This document shows, one piece after another, positions 45,703 to 56,487 of a stretch of DNA of 64,000 bases. The stretch comes from an uncultured Desulfobacterales bacterium (lineage in GTDB: Bacteria; Desulfobacterota; Desulfobacteria; Desulfobacterales; C00003060), in the NCBI GenBank assembly GCA_964502365.1, contig CAZCWQ010000003.1, positions 2,148 through 66,147 on the forward strand, written 5' to 3'. Numbering within the stretch: position 1 is the stretch's first letter; each line of letters begins with the position of its first letter. A program made the translations under genes and the position numbers. The notes under the pieces were generated by a model, which was not told the origin of the DNA, did no database searches, and saw nothing but the letters and a program-made list of their open reading frames with translations.

Positions 45703-46170
45703 TTAGGCCCTGAGCGTGGCGATCAACTTGTTGGGGTCAAGGATGATTTCAAAGACATCTTTGATGTGGTTTACCACGACGTCAGCTTGGAGCATGGCCT
45801 TGATGGTGGCGCCTTCTGCCTGAATAGTGCATATAGAAAGCTTGGCCACTTTGAACATTTGAACGTCAATGTTGCCGTTTCCCACGCAGACAGTATGTTG
45901 AGGACCGATTGATTCAACAAATGACCTTTTCTCCCTGGCTGTCTTGGTGACAACGGTCTCAACAGACGGACAACGCTCAAAGGCCTGTCGAAGGTTACCC
46001 CGTGTGTCGCCCGAAAGGACGTAGATATTGAATCCCTTAGTCTTCAAGGCCTCCATATAGTCCAGGACACCAGGCACCAGTTCACCAGATTCGGTCACAG
46101 TGCCGTTCAAGTCCAATACTACATTTTTTAGTTCCAAGGAGCCATAACCGGGAATAGCAATGGTTTTCAC
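45703..46170 (-). CDS. Small HAD-like hydrolase (soluble P-type-ATPase-like phosphatase type)
   Basis: 155 aa. VVLDLNGTV (DxxGT-type motif I), LSGDTRG, VGNGNIDVQM (GNGxND, P-type ATPase/HAD motif). Confidence 0.55.
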   Translation of the reverse strand: MKTIAIPGYGSLELKNVVLDLNGTVTESGELVPGVLDYMEALKTKGFNIYVLSGDTRGNLRQAFERCPSVETVVTKTAREKRSFVESIGPQHTVCVGNGNIDVQMFKVAKLSICTIQAEGATIKAMLQADVVVNHIKDVFEIILDPNKLIATLRA

Positions 46171-46525
46171 TAGTTTCTCCTGAGCTTCCTTCCGGTCTTA
46201 CCCTTTGCTGTTTGCTAATGGAGTAATGGTCTTGGTGAAAAACCCTGGGCCCGCTGCATTGAACGTTGCGAAAGCTTTACATAACCTCGTCTCGCCGTCT
46301 CCATCTGTATAGCCTATAGGGCTGAGAGGGCAACAATAAAATTGCTTTCGTGGCTCCAAGGCGCTATTCTTAACCTCAAATTCAAGTGATTCCTATCCAA
46401 CAAATCGAGATCTTTGTATAACGTCGCAAAGCGACATACCAGAGAGCGAAACCAGATCCTGCATTAAAGGTCTCAAATTGCACGAAAATCGGTGGTAACC
46501 CGATAAGACAGATCGGCAAACTCCC

Positions 46526-49500
46526 ATGAGTACCTCCAGGCTCTTTACCAGCAACCGGCTGGAGATTCTGGCCGAGGCGTTGTCAGAAGTTCTAAGAACG
46601 CCTCTTGCATCCCCTCTGGATGAAGAGATTGTGGTCGTCCAGAGTAAAGGTATGGAGCGCTGGATTTCCACGGAACTTGCCCGGCACCACGGCATATGCG
46701 CAAACTACAGGTTTCCCTTTCCCAACGCCTTTGTCTACGACGTCTTCCGGAAACTGATTCCAGATCTACCCGAACGTTCGCCCTTTGATCCAAAGATAAT
46801 GACTTGGAAGATCATGAAGCTCGTTCCATCCTTTATCACGAAGCCTGGGTTTGAGAGCCTAAGGAACTATCTGCGAGATACTGCGGGGCATTTGAAGCGC
46901 TTCCAGCTCTCTGAGCGGATTGCCGACACTTATGATCAATACTTGCTTTTTCGTCCGGAAATGATCCTCGGATGGGAAAACAACCAAGAAGACCACTGGC
47001 AGGCCACACTCTGGAGGCAGTTGGTCAAAGGAAATGAAAAAAAACATCGAGCTGCTCTCAAAAAAGCCCTTCTGGAAACGCTTGAAAAGCCTTCCGCCCC
47101 GATCAAGGATCTCCCCGAAAGAGTTTCGGTCTTCGGCATATCTGCCCTTCCACGGTTTCATATGGAAATCCTTGCTGCCATATCGCGCCGCACGCAAGTA
47201 AACCTCTTTCTCATGAATCCCTGCAAGGAGTACTGGGGGGATATTGTTTCAGACTGGGAGATGAAAAGAACCATAGACCGGGAGGAGCTCCGAGATATTA
47301 CTGATGAAGACCTACATCTGGAAAAAGGAAACAGCCTTCTTGCATCCATGGGAAGACTGGGCAGAGATTTTTTTGATCTAATAAACGAATTCAGCTGCCA
47401 GGAAATTCCCCATTTTGATGAGCCTGGCGAGGACACGCTGCTCTTGTGTGTTCAATCCGATATCTTGAATCTTGAGGACAGGGGCCAGAAGCCATACGAG
47501 AAAAAGCTCGTTGTTCGAGACGACACTTCGATTCAAATCCATTCGTGCCATAGTCCTATGCGTGAAATAGAAGTGCTGCACAATCAGCTCCTTGACATGT
47601 TTGAAAAAGATCCGGGTCTGTTGCCCAAGGATATCCTGGTTATGGCTCCGGATATTGAAACCTATGCTCCCTATATTCAAGCCGTGTTTGATGTGCCGCG
47701 GGATGATTCCAGGCGGTTTCCTTTCAGCATTGCAGATCGAAGTGCCAGAAAAGAAAGCCAGGTGATTGACACGTTCCTTGCCATTCTGGATCTTTGTGGC
47801 AGCCGTCTTAGTGCATCACGGGTTTTGGACATCTTGGAACTCTGCATGGTTTATGAAAGATTCGGTTTGGCAGAGCCCGACCTTGAGCTGATTCGCAACT
47901 GGGTGACGGACACACGGATAAGATGGGGACTTGACGGACAAAGCCGGTGCAAACTGGGACTGCCAGAATTTCCGGAAAACACCTGGAGAGCCGGCCTTGA
48001 TCGGCTTCTGTTGGGTTATGCGATGCCGGGCCAAGGCGAAAAGATGTTCGGTGGCGTTCTGCCGTACGATCATGTTGAGGGTAGTCAAGCCTCAGTATTG
48101 GGGAAGTTTGTCGAATTTACCAACCAGGTTTTTGGCCACGTTACACCCCTCGATCAACCGAGGACCTTGCACGAGTGGACCACGACTCTGATGCGACTGG
48201 TTGAACGCTTCTTCTTGTCAGATGAAGACACAGAAAGTGAAATGCAAGCAATACGACGGACACTCAGGGCTTTAGGCGACATGCAGGAAATATCAGGATT
48301 CACTGATCGGATTGATCTGCGTATCATTAAGTGGCATCTAGCACGTCAACTTGAGAAAGAAGGTTTTGGTTTCATTGCTGGCGGCATAACATTTTGCGCC
48401 ATGCTGCCTATGCGAAGCATCCCCTTCAAGATCATCTGCCTTGTGGGTATGAATGGCGATGCCTATCCGAGACAGTCCAGGCCGTTAGGCTTTGATCTCA
48501 TGGCAAAACACCCAAAACGCGGAGACCGTTCCCGCCGTTATGATGACAGGTATCTTTTTATCGAGGCGATACTTTCGGCCAGAGAAAAACTGTACATTAG
48601 TTATGTGGGGCAAAGTATCCGGGATAATACCTTTATCCCGCCATCTGTGCTGGTTAGCGAACTTATGGACTATATTGAACACGGCTTTGAGATACCTGAG
48701 GAGAACATCTTGAACCACGTTGTCACCAGGCATCGCCTCCAGGCCTTCAGCCCAGAGTATTTCAAGGGTGACGGAAAACTGTTCAGCTATTCCGAGGGAA
48801 ATAGCCAGGCGGCTCAGTGTCTTGCGGAAGATCGCCACTCTCCAGTGCCCTTTATTTCCACACGGCTTCGAGATCCTGATGAAGAACATAAAACCGTTGA
48901 TTTAGAGGATTTGTGCAGTTTCTTTGGCAATCCAGCAAAATTTCTGCTCAACAAACGTCTTGGAATCTATCTTGAAGAAAGGGCGTGGATTCTGGAAGAC
49001 CGAGAATGCTTTGACATTAAGGGCCTGGAAAAATACCTGCTTGAGCAAACCTTGGTGGAAAAGCGGTTTTCGGGGCGCAGGCTCAAAGATTTCCTCCCCT
49101 TGACTAAAGCCTCGGGGCGACTCCCACACGGGACAGTGGGAGAATGCATGTACGACAACCTGTGCAGACAGGTGAACAGTTTTTTTGAAAAGACTGAGCC
49201 TTACCTGGGGGAAACACCGCTTGAGCCTGTTGAAATAGACCTGACAATATCCCACTTCAAGTTGACGGGCAGAATCGATTCCATATTCCCGCAAAGGTTG
49301 ATGCGATACCGTTATGCAAGGATAAAACCCAAAGACCGCCTCAAGGCATGGATTCATCATCTGGCGCTTAATAGCTTCAAAGCTCATCATTATCCCGCGA
49401 TCAGCATCCTGGTGGGCTTGCAGCCCACAGGTCCGAAATCCGGGTGGATGGCCTGGGAATTCTCGCCGGTTAAAAACAGCGAAGAGGTCCTTACAAGACT

Positions 49501-49783
49501 TCTTGAAATATACTGGGAGGGGCTCGCAAGGCCTGTTCATTTTTTCCCGAGATCTTCATGGGAATATGTCCAAATGCTTCTGCATAGGAACAAATCCGAA
49601 GAAGAAGCTCTCGTCAAGGCTCGTAACACTTGGAAGGGACGGAAATACCAGCCAGGGGAGAGCGAAGATGCTTACTATAAACTCTGTTTTCGAGACATAG
49701 ATCCACTTGATTCAGAATTTCAGAATGCTGCCATAGAAATCTTCGGGCCGCTTCTGGCGAGTCAGAACGATATTGCCGTATGA
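46526..49783 (+). CDS. recC: Exodeoxyribonuclease V gamma subunit
   Basis: 1085 aa. The N-terminus LFTSNRLEILAEAL resembles the RecC start (hSNrle.L). Size and its position overlapping recB-recD support the call. Confidence 0.85.
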   Translation: MSTSRLFTSNRLEILAEALSEVLRTPLASPLDEEIVVVQSKGMERWISTELARHHGICANYRFPFPNAFVYDVFRKLIPDLPERSPFDPKIMTWKIMKLVPSFITKPGFESLRNYLRDTAGHLKRFQLSERIADTYDQYLLFRPEMILGWENNQEDHWQATLWRQLVKGNEKKHRAALKKALLETLEKPSAPIKDLPERVSVFGISALPRFHMEILAAISRRTQVNLFLMNPCKEYWGDIVSDWEMKRTIDREELRDITDEDLHLEKGNSLLASMGRLGRDFFDLINEFSCQEIPHFDEPGEDTLLLCVQSDILNLEDRGQKPYEKKLVVRDDTSIQIHSCHSPMREIEVLHNQLLDMFEKDPGLLPKDILVMAPDIETYAPYIQAVFDVPRDDSRRFPFSIADRSARKESQVIDTFLAILDLCGSRLSASRVLDILELCMVYERFGLAEPDLELIRNWVTDTRIRWGLDGQSRCKLGLPEFPENTWRAGLDRLLLGYAMPGQGEKMFGGVLPYDHVEGSQASVLGKFVEFTNQVFGHVTPLDQPRTLHEWTTTLMRLVERFFLSDEDTESEMQAIRRTLRALGDMQEISGFTDRIDLRIIKWHLARQLEKEGFGFIAGGITFCAMLPMRSIPFKIICLVGMNGDAYPRQSRPLGFDLMAKHPKRGDRSRRYDDRYLFIEAILSAREKLYISYVGQSIRDNTFIPPSVLVSELMDYIEHGFEIPEENILNHVVTRHRLQAFSPEYFKGDGKLFSYSEGNSQAAQCLAEDRHSPVPFISTRLRDPDEEHKTVDLEDLCSFFGNPAKFLLNKRLGIYLEERAWILEDRECFDIKGLEKYLLEQTLVEKRFSGRRLKDFLPLTKASGRLPHGTVGECMYDNLCRQVNSFFEKTEPYLGETPLEPVEIDLTISHFKLTGRIDSIFPQRLMRYRYARIKPKDRLKAWIHHLALNSFKAHHYPAISILVGLQPTGPKSGWMAWEFSPVKNSEEVLTRLLEIYWEGLARPVHFFPRSSWEYVQMLLHRNKSEEEALVKARNTWKGRKYQPGESEDAYYKLCFRDIDPLDSEFQNAAIEIFGPLLASQNDIAV

Positions 49784-52700
49784 CAACAATCAAACACTTT
49801 GACTTCCTTAACGATCCCCTCGAAGGGACAAACCTTACTGAGGCGAGCGCCGGCACGGGAAAGACCTATACGATCACCGGCCTGTTTCTCAGGCTAATCT
49901 TGGAGAAGAATCTTTCCGTAGACCAGATACTCGTAGTCACTTTTACCCAAGCTGCTACAGAGGAGTTGAAAGACAGGATCCGCAGAAAATTGCGCGGGGC
50001 CATACAAGCATTTTCCGGAGGAAGGACTGAAGATGCCCTCCTAAAAAACCTAGTGAAAAAACACATTGGTTCCAGGACTTCATTGCGGCACCTTCGAGAA
50101 GCACTGCGGCAATTTGATCAAGCTGCCATATTTACCATACACGGGTTTTGCAGGAAGATGCTCTACGAGAACGCTCTTGAAAGCGGCAGTCTGTTTGATA
50201 CCGAGCTGGTAACTGATCAGGAAGATCTGAAAAGGGGAATGGTTGATGATTTCTGGCGTAAACACTTCTATAACGCATCGCCGCTTTTTGTCCAATTTGC
50301 CATCAGCAGGAAGGTCAGCCCGCAGAGTTTTCTTGCTCTTCTTGGCAGTCGCGTTGCTCAGCCATACTTGAGGATCATTCCTAAAGTTCAAGCGCCTGAC
50401 TCTTCCTTGCATGAAAAAGAATTCCAGGCGTGTTTCAGACGAGTTCGGAGGGCTTGGCAACTAAACAGAACTGAAGTGAAACGTATTTTTACGACCAGTG
50501 AAAGTCTGAGCAGGACCAGGTACCCAAAGACCAGTATCTTGGGCTGGATTCAGAATATGGACGACTATATGTCCTCGGACGGCAGCAGTCCGGTATTGTT
50601 CAAGGGCTTCGAAAAATTTACTTCAAGGGAAATGAAAAGGGCGGTCAAGAAGAACCATAGCTTTCCAAGACGTCCTTTTTTCGACCAGTGTGAAGAGCTG
50701 AAACAAAAACATGAGGAGCTGGTACAGGTTTTTGAACAACGTCTGCTGGGGATGAAAGGGGAGTTGTTTGATTATGTCCAAAATGAGTATGCCAGTAGAA
50801 AAGAGGAGAAAAATATCCAGTCTTTTGACGATCTTTTGTTAAAGCTTTACCAAGCTTTGCAGCAAAGGGGTGGGGAAAAGCTGGCAAGAAGCTTGAGGGC
50901 AAAATATAAGGCTGCCTTGATCGATGAATTCCAGGATACAGATCCGATCCAGTATGCCATTTTCAAGAAAGTTTTTAGCGGTGATAACAGCATCCTGTTT
51001 CTGATTGGTGATCCCAAGCAGGCCATATACGGCTTCCGTAATGCTGACATCTTCGTTTACATGGATGCTGCTGAAAATGTTGAAAACAGATACACCCTAG
51101 GAGAGAACTGGCGATCCCAACCAGATCTCATTGCCGGAATGAATACCATCTTTGCCAATACTGACCACCCTTTTGTCTACGACAAAATTCCATTTCAACC
51201 AGCTGCGCCGGCAGTAATAAAAGACCCTGAGTCTTTCAGCTTAAACGGCCAATCAGGATCTCCTTTGCGGTTGTGGTTTCTCAATGCCAGCAAAGCAACA
51301 GGACTCGACAAACCGTTTACCAAGACACTTGCGCGAGAGCTGATCCCAGTAGCTGTGGCGGGGGAGATCTCTCGGCTCCTCGATCTAGGCAGACGCAATA
51401 AGGCGCTATTTGGAAAAAGGCCGCTCAGTGCTGGTGACATTGCCGTCTTGGTGCGTACAAACGCTGAAGCACGACTAATGCAGCAAGACCTGTCCGGTCT
51501 CAACATCCCCAATGTTCTTTACAGCACCGGAGACCTCTTCGATTCCCATGAGGCCCTGGAAATGGATAGGCTCCTCGCCGGCATTGTTGAACCGGACAAC
51601 AAGATGCTCCTGAAAGCCGCCTTGGCGACAGATATGATGGGTGTCAAAGGAGAAGTCTTGGACGGTTTGGTGAAGGATGAAACACTGTGGGAAAAGTGGC
51701 ATCTTAAGTTCAGGAGGTATCACGACCTGTGGAACAAGAACGGTTTTGTCCAGATGTTTCGTTATCTATTGATAGAGGAAAAGATCATGCCCCGCCTCAT
51801 GTCATTTAATGATGGGGAACGTAGGAATACCAACGTGCTCCACCTGTCCGAAGTTGTTCATCAGGCATCTATTCAAAAAAGGCTGGGCATGACCGGAGTC
51901 TTGAAATGGCTTTCCGAACAAAGAGATCCAAATACTGCACGACTAGAAGAACACCAGCTGCGGTTGGAAAGTGATGAGAATGCCGTAAAACTGGTGACAA
52001 TACACAAGAGCAAAGGCCTGGAGTACCCCATTGTCTTTTGTCCTTTCGTATGGAACGGCTCCAGAGTTGGTAAACCAAGAGACCCCTTTTCATTTCACGA
52101 TGAAACCAACAACATGCGGTTAACCCTCGATATTGGCTCTGCAAATATGGCTTCAAACCGCGTGTTTGCTGAAAAAGAACAGCTTGCAGAGAACGTAAGG
52201 CTTCTCTATGTGGCTTTGACACGGGCAAGAAACCGTTGTTACTTCGTATGGGGTCGTTTCAACGAGGCTGAGACCTCGGCCCTGGCTTACCTTTTTCATC
52301 AACCCCAATCATGGGAAGGGAGAGATGTCGTAAGTACGATTGGGGAGAGGTTCAAGGATCTGAGTGATGAAGATGTGCTTAGAGAACTTGAATTGATCCG
52401 AGCAAAGAGTGGCGGAAGCATTGGATTGTCTGAAATGCCGACGGAACCGGGGAAAGCATATTCGCCATACACTGGTGAGAAGATGAAACTCGCCTGCCGA
52501 AAATGTTCTGGAAGCATAGACTGTTCTTGGAGAATTTCAAGTTTCTCGTCTCTGGTTTCCAACCAGCCTCACGGAGCAGATCTTGCTGACCATGATGCAA
52601 CAGTCCTGCCTGAGGCCTATGATCAAGATATTCTAAAAGAGTCTGCTATCGAAGAAGAGCCTTCCGGGGTTTTTGCCTTTCCCAGAGGGACAAAGGCGGG

Positions 52701-53424
52701 GACATTCATGCACGACATGTTCGAGCACCTGGACTTTGCGCAAACAGATAAGTCTCAAATGGAGCAAGTGGTAGCCGACAAACTCTCAGAGTACGGCTTT
52801 GACCTCACATGGCAGGAAACGCTGTGCCGTATGATAGAAAAGGTACTTTTTGTTCCACTTGACCCGTCCCGGCAAGATTTTACGTTATCGCGCATTCATA
52901 ATAAGGCCCGGCTCAACGAATTGGAGTTCTATTTCCCACTGAAACCTTTGTCATCAAAAAAGCTGGTAAACATATTTGCCGAACATGTCGGTCCCGGGCT
53001 TCCGGCCTACTTGCCTCATCTTATTGAACGGTTGGAGTTTTCCCCGGTCAGGGGATTTATGAAGGGATTCATTGACATGGTATTTCAGTTCGAGGGACGC
53101 TTCTACCTTGTGGACTGGAAATCAAATTATCTTGGCAGCCATGTGGAGGACTATAGTCCGGAAGCGCTTACAACTGCTATGGCAAGAGCGTTTTACTCTC
53201 TTCAGTACGTCATATATTCGGTTGCACTGAATCAATATCTGCACCTGCGCTTGCCGGGTTACGACTATGAGACATATTTCGGAGGGGTTTATTACATATT
53301 CTTGCGCGGAGTCGATCCGGTCAGGGGAACAGACTATGGGATTTTCAGGGACAGGCCGTCCGCAGCACTAATAAAGGAATTATCTGAGAGTTTGATTGAT
53401 CGGGCAGAAATCAGCAAATTATGA
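49780..53424 (+). CDS. recB: Exodeoxyribonuclease V beta subunit (helicase-nuclease)
   Basis: 1214 aa. EASAGTGKTYTI (Walker A), LIDEFQDTD, and C-terminal nuclease GFIDMVFQFEGRFYLVDWKSN. Confidence 0.9.
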   Translation: MTTIKHFDFLNDPLEGTNLTEASAGTGKTYTITGLFLRLILEKNLSVDQILVVTFTQAATEELKDRIRRKLRGAIQAFSGGRTEDALLKNLVKKHIGSRTSLRHLREALRQFDQAAIFTIHGFCRKMLYENALESGSLFDTELVTDQEDLKRGMVDDFWRKHFYNASPLFVQFAISRKVSPQSFLALLGSRVAQPYLRIIPKVQAPDSSLHEKEFQACFRRVRRAWQLNRTEVKRIFTTSESLSRTRYPKTSILGWIQNMDDYMSSDGSSPVLFKGFEKFTSREMKRAVKKNHSFPRRPFFDQCEELKQKHEELVQVFEQRLLGMKGELFDYVQNEYASRKEEKNIQSFDDLLLKLYQALQQRGGEKLARSLRAKYKAALIDEFQDTDPIQYAIFKKVFSGDNSILFLIGDPKQAIYGFRNADIFVYMDAAENVENRYTLGENWRSQPDLIAGMNTIFANTDHPFVYDKIPFQPAAPAVIKDPESFSLNGQSGSPLRLWFLNASKATGLDKPFTKTLARELIPVAVAGEISRLLDLGRRNKALFGKRPLSAGDIAVLVRTNAEARLMQQDLSGLNIPNVLYSTGDLFDSHEALEMDRLLAGIVEPDNKMLLKAALATDMMGVKGEVLDGLVKDETLWEKWHLKFRRYHDLWNKNGFVQMFRYLLIEEKIMPRLMSFNDGERRNTNVLHLSEVVHQASIQKRLGMTGVLKWLSEQRDPNTARLEEHQLRLESDENAVKLVTIHKSKGLEYPIVFCPFVWNGSRVGKPRDPFSFHDETNNMRLTLDIGSANMASNRVFAEKEQLAENVRLLYVALTRARNRCYFVWGRFNEAETSALAYLFHQPQSWEGRDVVSTIGERFKDLSDEDVLRELELIRAKSGGSIGLSEMPTEPGKAYSPYTGEKMKLACRKCSGSIDCSWRISSFSSLVSNQPHGADLADHDATVLPEAYDQDILKESAIEEEPSGVFAFPRGTKAGTFMHDMFEHLDFAQTDKSQMEQVVADKLSEYGFDLTWQETLCRMIEKVLFVPLDPSRQDFTLSRIHNKARLNELEFYFPLKPLSSKKLVNIFAEHVGPGLPAYLPHLIERLEFSPVRGFMKGFIDMVFQFEGRFYLVDWKSNYLGSHVEDYSPEALTTAMARAFYSLQYVIYSVALNQYLHLRLPGYDYETYFGGVYYIFLRGVDPVRGTDYGIFRDRPSAALIKELSESLIDRAEISKL

Positions 53425-55304
53425 AACAGCAAAGTCTGAATCGTCTTTACAATAGCGGGATACTTTCTGAACTTGACATACATTTTGCCGGCTTCATTTC
53501 AAGACTTGCCGGCACTTCTGCTCCAGAGCTGTCCCTTGCAGCTGCCCTTTCAAGCAATTACACAAGGCAGGGCCACATCTGCCTTGCCCTTTCCAGTATT
53601 GCAGGAAAGCAGTTGGCGGAAGGAGAAGATGGCGAGGCTCCTGTTATATGCCCCAAATTGGGCGAGTGGCGCAAGAAGCTGAGAAAAACCTCTGTGGTTG
53701 GAAAACCGGGTGAATACAAACCCCTGATCCTTGATGACAGGTCCAGGCTGTACCTGTACCGTTACTGGGATTATCAGGAAAAGTTGGCAGATTTCATCAT
53801 GAAATGTGTTGGCCAGAAAGAAGAAAATGTCGATGCCATGCGCCTGAGAGTAAGACTGGACCGGATTTTTCCACAAGGCCAAGACGAAGACACAGACTGG
53901 CAGAAAGTTGCTGCCTTTGCCTCGTTGGTAAAGAAATTCTGCATTATTTCCGGAGGCCCGGGGACAGGCAAAACCACGACAGTTGCCAAGATCCTGGCAT
54001 TGATCTTGGAACAGCCCGCGCCAAGGAAACCTCGAATTGCCCTCACAGCGCCCACTGGCAAGGCTGCCGCTAGGCTGCAACAAGCAATCAAGCGGTCAAA
54101 GGCAGGCCTTGATTGTGCTGACAGCATCAAGGACGGAATTCCCGAGGAGGCCTCAACCATACACCGGCTCCTAGGAAGCGTTCCGGGGTCTCCCTATTTT
54201 CATCATAACGCCAAAAATATCTTGCCCGTTGATGTTGTTGTCGTGGACGAAGCTTCGATGGTAGACTTAGCTTTAATGTCCAAGCTCATCCAGGCTCTTC
54301 CCTCGCAGGCTCGGCTGATACTCTTGGGAGACAAAGACCAGTTAGCCTCAGTGGAGGCAGGCGCCGTGCTTGGAGATATATGCGATACCGGTAATGTACA
54401 CGGTTTTTCAAGCCACTTTTGTAACTATCTTAAGAAGGTTACTGGATACAAGATTGCGACACAGTCCAAAGGAACAGATGGACCGGCAATTCAGGACTGT
54501 ATTGTCCAACTCCAGAAGAACTTTCGCTTTGCACCTGAAAGCGGTATCGAGATGCTAAGCCGTGCAGTCAATGCAGGGGATGCCGACCTTGCAGTTTCAC
54601 TCCTTATGGAGAAAAAATACGGGGATATTGAGTGGGTGCCCTTGCCGTTTCCCAGTGTCTTGCCCCGAGCGATAAAGCAAAAGATCATTGACGGGTTTGG
54701 CAAACACCTAAGATCGAGTGAGGTCTCGCAGATCTTTCACCTATTTGATCGGTTCCGCATTCTTTGTGCGCTCAGAGAAGGTCCGTTTGGTGTAATCAGT
54801 CTAAACGCGCTGGTGGAACAAACCCTCAAAGAAGAAAGGCTTATCGCGCCTGACACAAGGTGGTATCGTGGCCGTCCTGTGCTGATAACCAGTAACGACT
54901 ACGATCTGCGCCTGTTCAACGGTGATGTGGGGATAGTCCTGCCGGATTCTGAAACAAATAATGATCTGCTGGCCTTTTTCACGGCCCCGGATGGTACTCT
55001 AAGAAAAATCCATCCGCTCAGGCTGCCCGAACACGAAACCGCATATGCAATGACCGTGCACAAGAGTCAAGGATCAGAGTTTGATAGGGTAGTTCTACTT
55101 TTGCCTGATAAGGATTTTCCAGTATTGACAAGGGAACTCGCATATACGGGTATCACCCGTGCCAAGGAGAGCATCGAGATATGGGGTGTAGAGAACGTAT
55201 TTCGTACTACCATATCCCGCCGTACTGAGCGGACGTCCGGCCTGCGAGATGCCTTGTGGACTTGCTCAGTGGAAAACGACAATGAAGCTGCCTATCGAGG
55301 TTGA
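53421..55304 (+). CDS. recD: Exodeoxyribonuclease V alpha subunit
   Basis: 627 aa. ISGGPGTGKTTTV, VVVDEASMVD, MTVHKSQGSEF. Confidence 0.9.
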   Translation: MKQQSLNRLYNSGILSELDIHFAGFISRLAGTSAPELSLAAALSSNYTRQGHICLALSSIAGKQLAEGEDGEAPVICPKLGEWRKKLRKTSVVGKPGEYKPLILDDRSRLYLYRYWDYQEKLADFIMKCVGQKEENVDAMRLRVRLDRIFPQGQDEDTDWQKVAAFASLVKKFCIISGGPGTGKTTTVAKILALILEQPAPRKPRIALTAPTGKAAARLQQAIKRSKAGLDCADSIKDGIPEEASTIHRLLGSVPGSPYFHHNAKNILPVDVVVVDEASMVDLALMSKLIQALPSQARLILLGDKDQLASVEAGAVLGDICDTGNVHGFSSHFCNYLKKVTGYKIATQSKGTDGPAIQDCIVQLQKNFRFAPESGIEMLSRAVNAGDADLAVSLLMEKKYGDIEWVPLPFPSVLPRAIKQKIIDGFGKHLRSSEVSQIFHLFDRFRILCALREGPFGVISLNALVEQTLKEERLIAPDTRWYRGRPVLITSNDYDLRLFNGDVGIVLPDSETNNDLLAFFTAPDGTLRKIHPLRLPEHETAYAMTVHKSQGSEFDRVVLLLPDKDFPVLTRELAYTGITRAKESIEIWGVENVFRTTISRRTERTSGLRDALWTCSVENDNEAAYRG

Positions 55305-55666
55305 CCTGATTAGAAAACGGACACCATCCTGTGAAAGGGCTACATTAACTCGGTAGGATTTTCTCATGCCTTTATCACAAGAAGTTCATAATAAAGGACC
55401 AGGACATTGATCATGTGACCCAATCGCGTCAGATTGCAGTTCTGTTTTGTTGTATCCATATCCCCTACCTATAACTCACAAACTCGCTCATCAAGGCGGT
55501 TGTCATGCCATGGCGAATTGCCAGATTGCCCTCCAGTACATGGATGTAATATTGCCTTTGAGTATCATCACTTTCTTTACCTCACGCTCAAGGCATTGGT
55601 CAGCAAACAAGATCCAGGAAGTATCGCTTGCCTTGCAGACAGGATAGAAGAGGTCGAAGGGAGGAG

Positions 55667-55748
55667 AGACTGAATGCAGCCACAGTACAGTGGTTGAACG
55701 GCGTGCTCCCCGCAAGCCACGTCCGGAAGGGCGGGGAGGCTTCAGTCT
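55667..55748. other. 82-nt nested stem-loop element (candidate structured RNA or degenerate repeat)
   Basis: The outer 8-bp stem is AGACTGAA / TTCAGTCT. The inner 8-bp stem is CTCCCCGC / GCGGGGAG, and it encloses CGTCC-GGAA-GGGCG. No credible ORF covers it. Confidence 0.3.
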
Positions 55749-55948
55749 ATGCAAGTCAAAGTTAAACCTCAAATAGATTTCTTCCGAAAGCATCAGCAGG
55801 CGGTCACATTTATCCGTTCTTAGCTGTAGGCATTGATGACTACACCGGCTGCTTGAGGCAATGGAACAAGGAAAAATATGAGACCTTTGAAAAACTCCTT
55901 TTCACTTGTTTCTATGGACTTTTTGACCCATCTGCGGGCTTGCTCACT

Positions 55949-56010
55949 AAATCGCAAGAACTCTCCGCCTGCGGGGCTCCGCCTCCGGCGGATCAAACAG
56001 CTTGCGATTT
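55949..56010. other. 62-nt long nested hairpin (candidate structured RNA or degenerate repeat)
   Basis: Outer perfect 10-bp stem AAATCGCAAG / CTTGCGATTT, inner TCCGCC / GGCGGA, and an apical GCGG-ggct-CCGC. Confidence 0.3.
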
Positions 56011-56368
56011 GCCCACTGACGTGGGGCCGTTCACTTCGCCCGGATGGGTACCCCAAAAAGTCCATAATGGTCGTTCAAAGCAGTTTTTCAAAGGTCTCAA
56101 AAATATGAGGTGTCAATCGGTTATTCTGGCAGATCTAGTCTAACTGAAGGGAATGGCACCTGTCGTAAACAGGGCTTGATGTGCCTTGTCATTCGAACAA
56201 ACTGACTGGACGTTGAGATATTCAGACGATCATTCAGGTTTCAGGATTATAGGTTTTTCCTCTTGCATTTAGAGAATCCGGCAAGATTTTCCTACCACCA
56301 GTTCTGCACTTCACAGAGCGGTTGCCCTAAGTAGCGAATTTTACGGGACAAAAAGTTCGCGATGATCA

Positions 56369-56383
56369 TGGCATACCACTTGC
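56369..56383 (+). promoter_or_regulatory. Candidate sigma54 (-24/-12) promoter upstream of the pse cluster
   Basis: TGGCAT-accac-TTGC matches TGGCAC-N5-TTGC with correct GG/GC spacing. It lies about 105 nt upstream of ATG 56488 in an intergenic region. Confidence 0.4.
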
Positions 56384-56487
56384 GTTCAAAAGTTAATCCA
56401 AAAGTTAAATTAAAGCTTTTTCCACTTTAAACCGAAGGCAGTGATACCAGCGAACAGTCAGCCTGTGGGCAGTGAATGGAGCATAAT

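Noticed and set aside
55667-55748. Possible SRP (4.5S) RNA, because of a GTCC-GGAA-GG tetraloop hairpin.
   Set aside because: The conserved 3-prime side AGCAGCC-type symmetric-loop sequence is absent in the right position on either strand, and overall pairing does not reproduce helix 8. It is kept only as an unclassified structured element.
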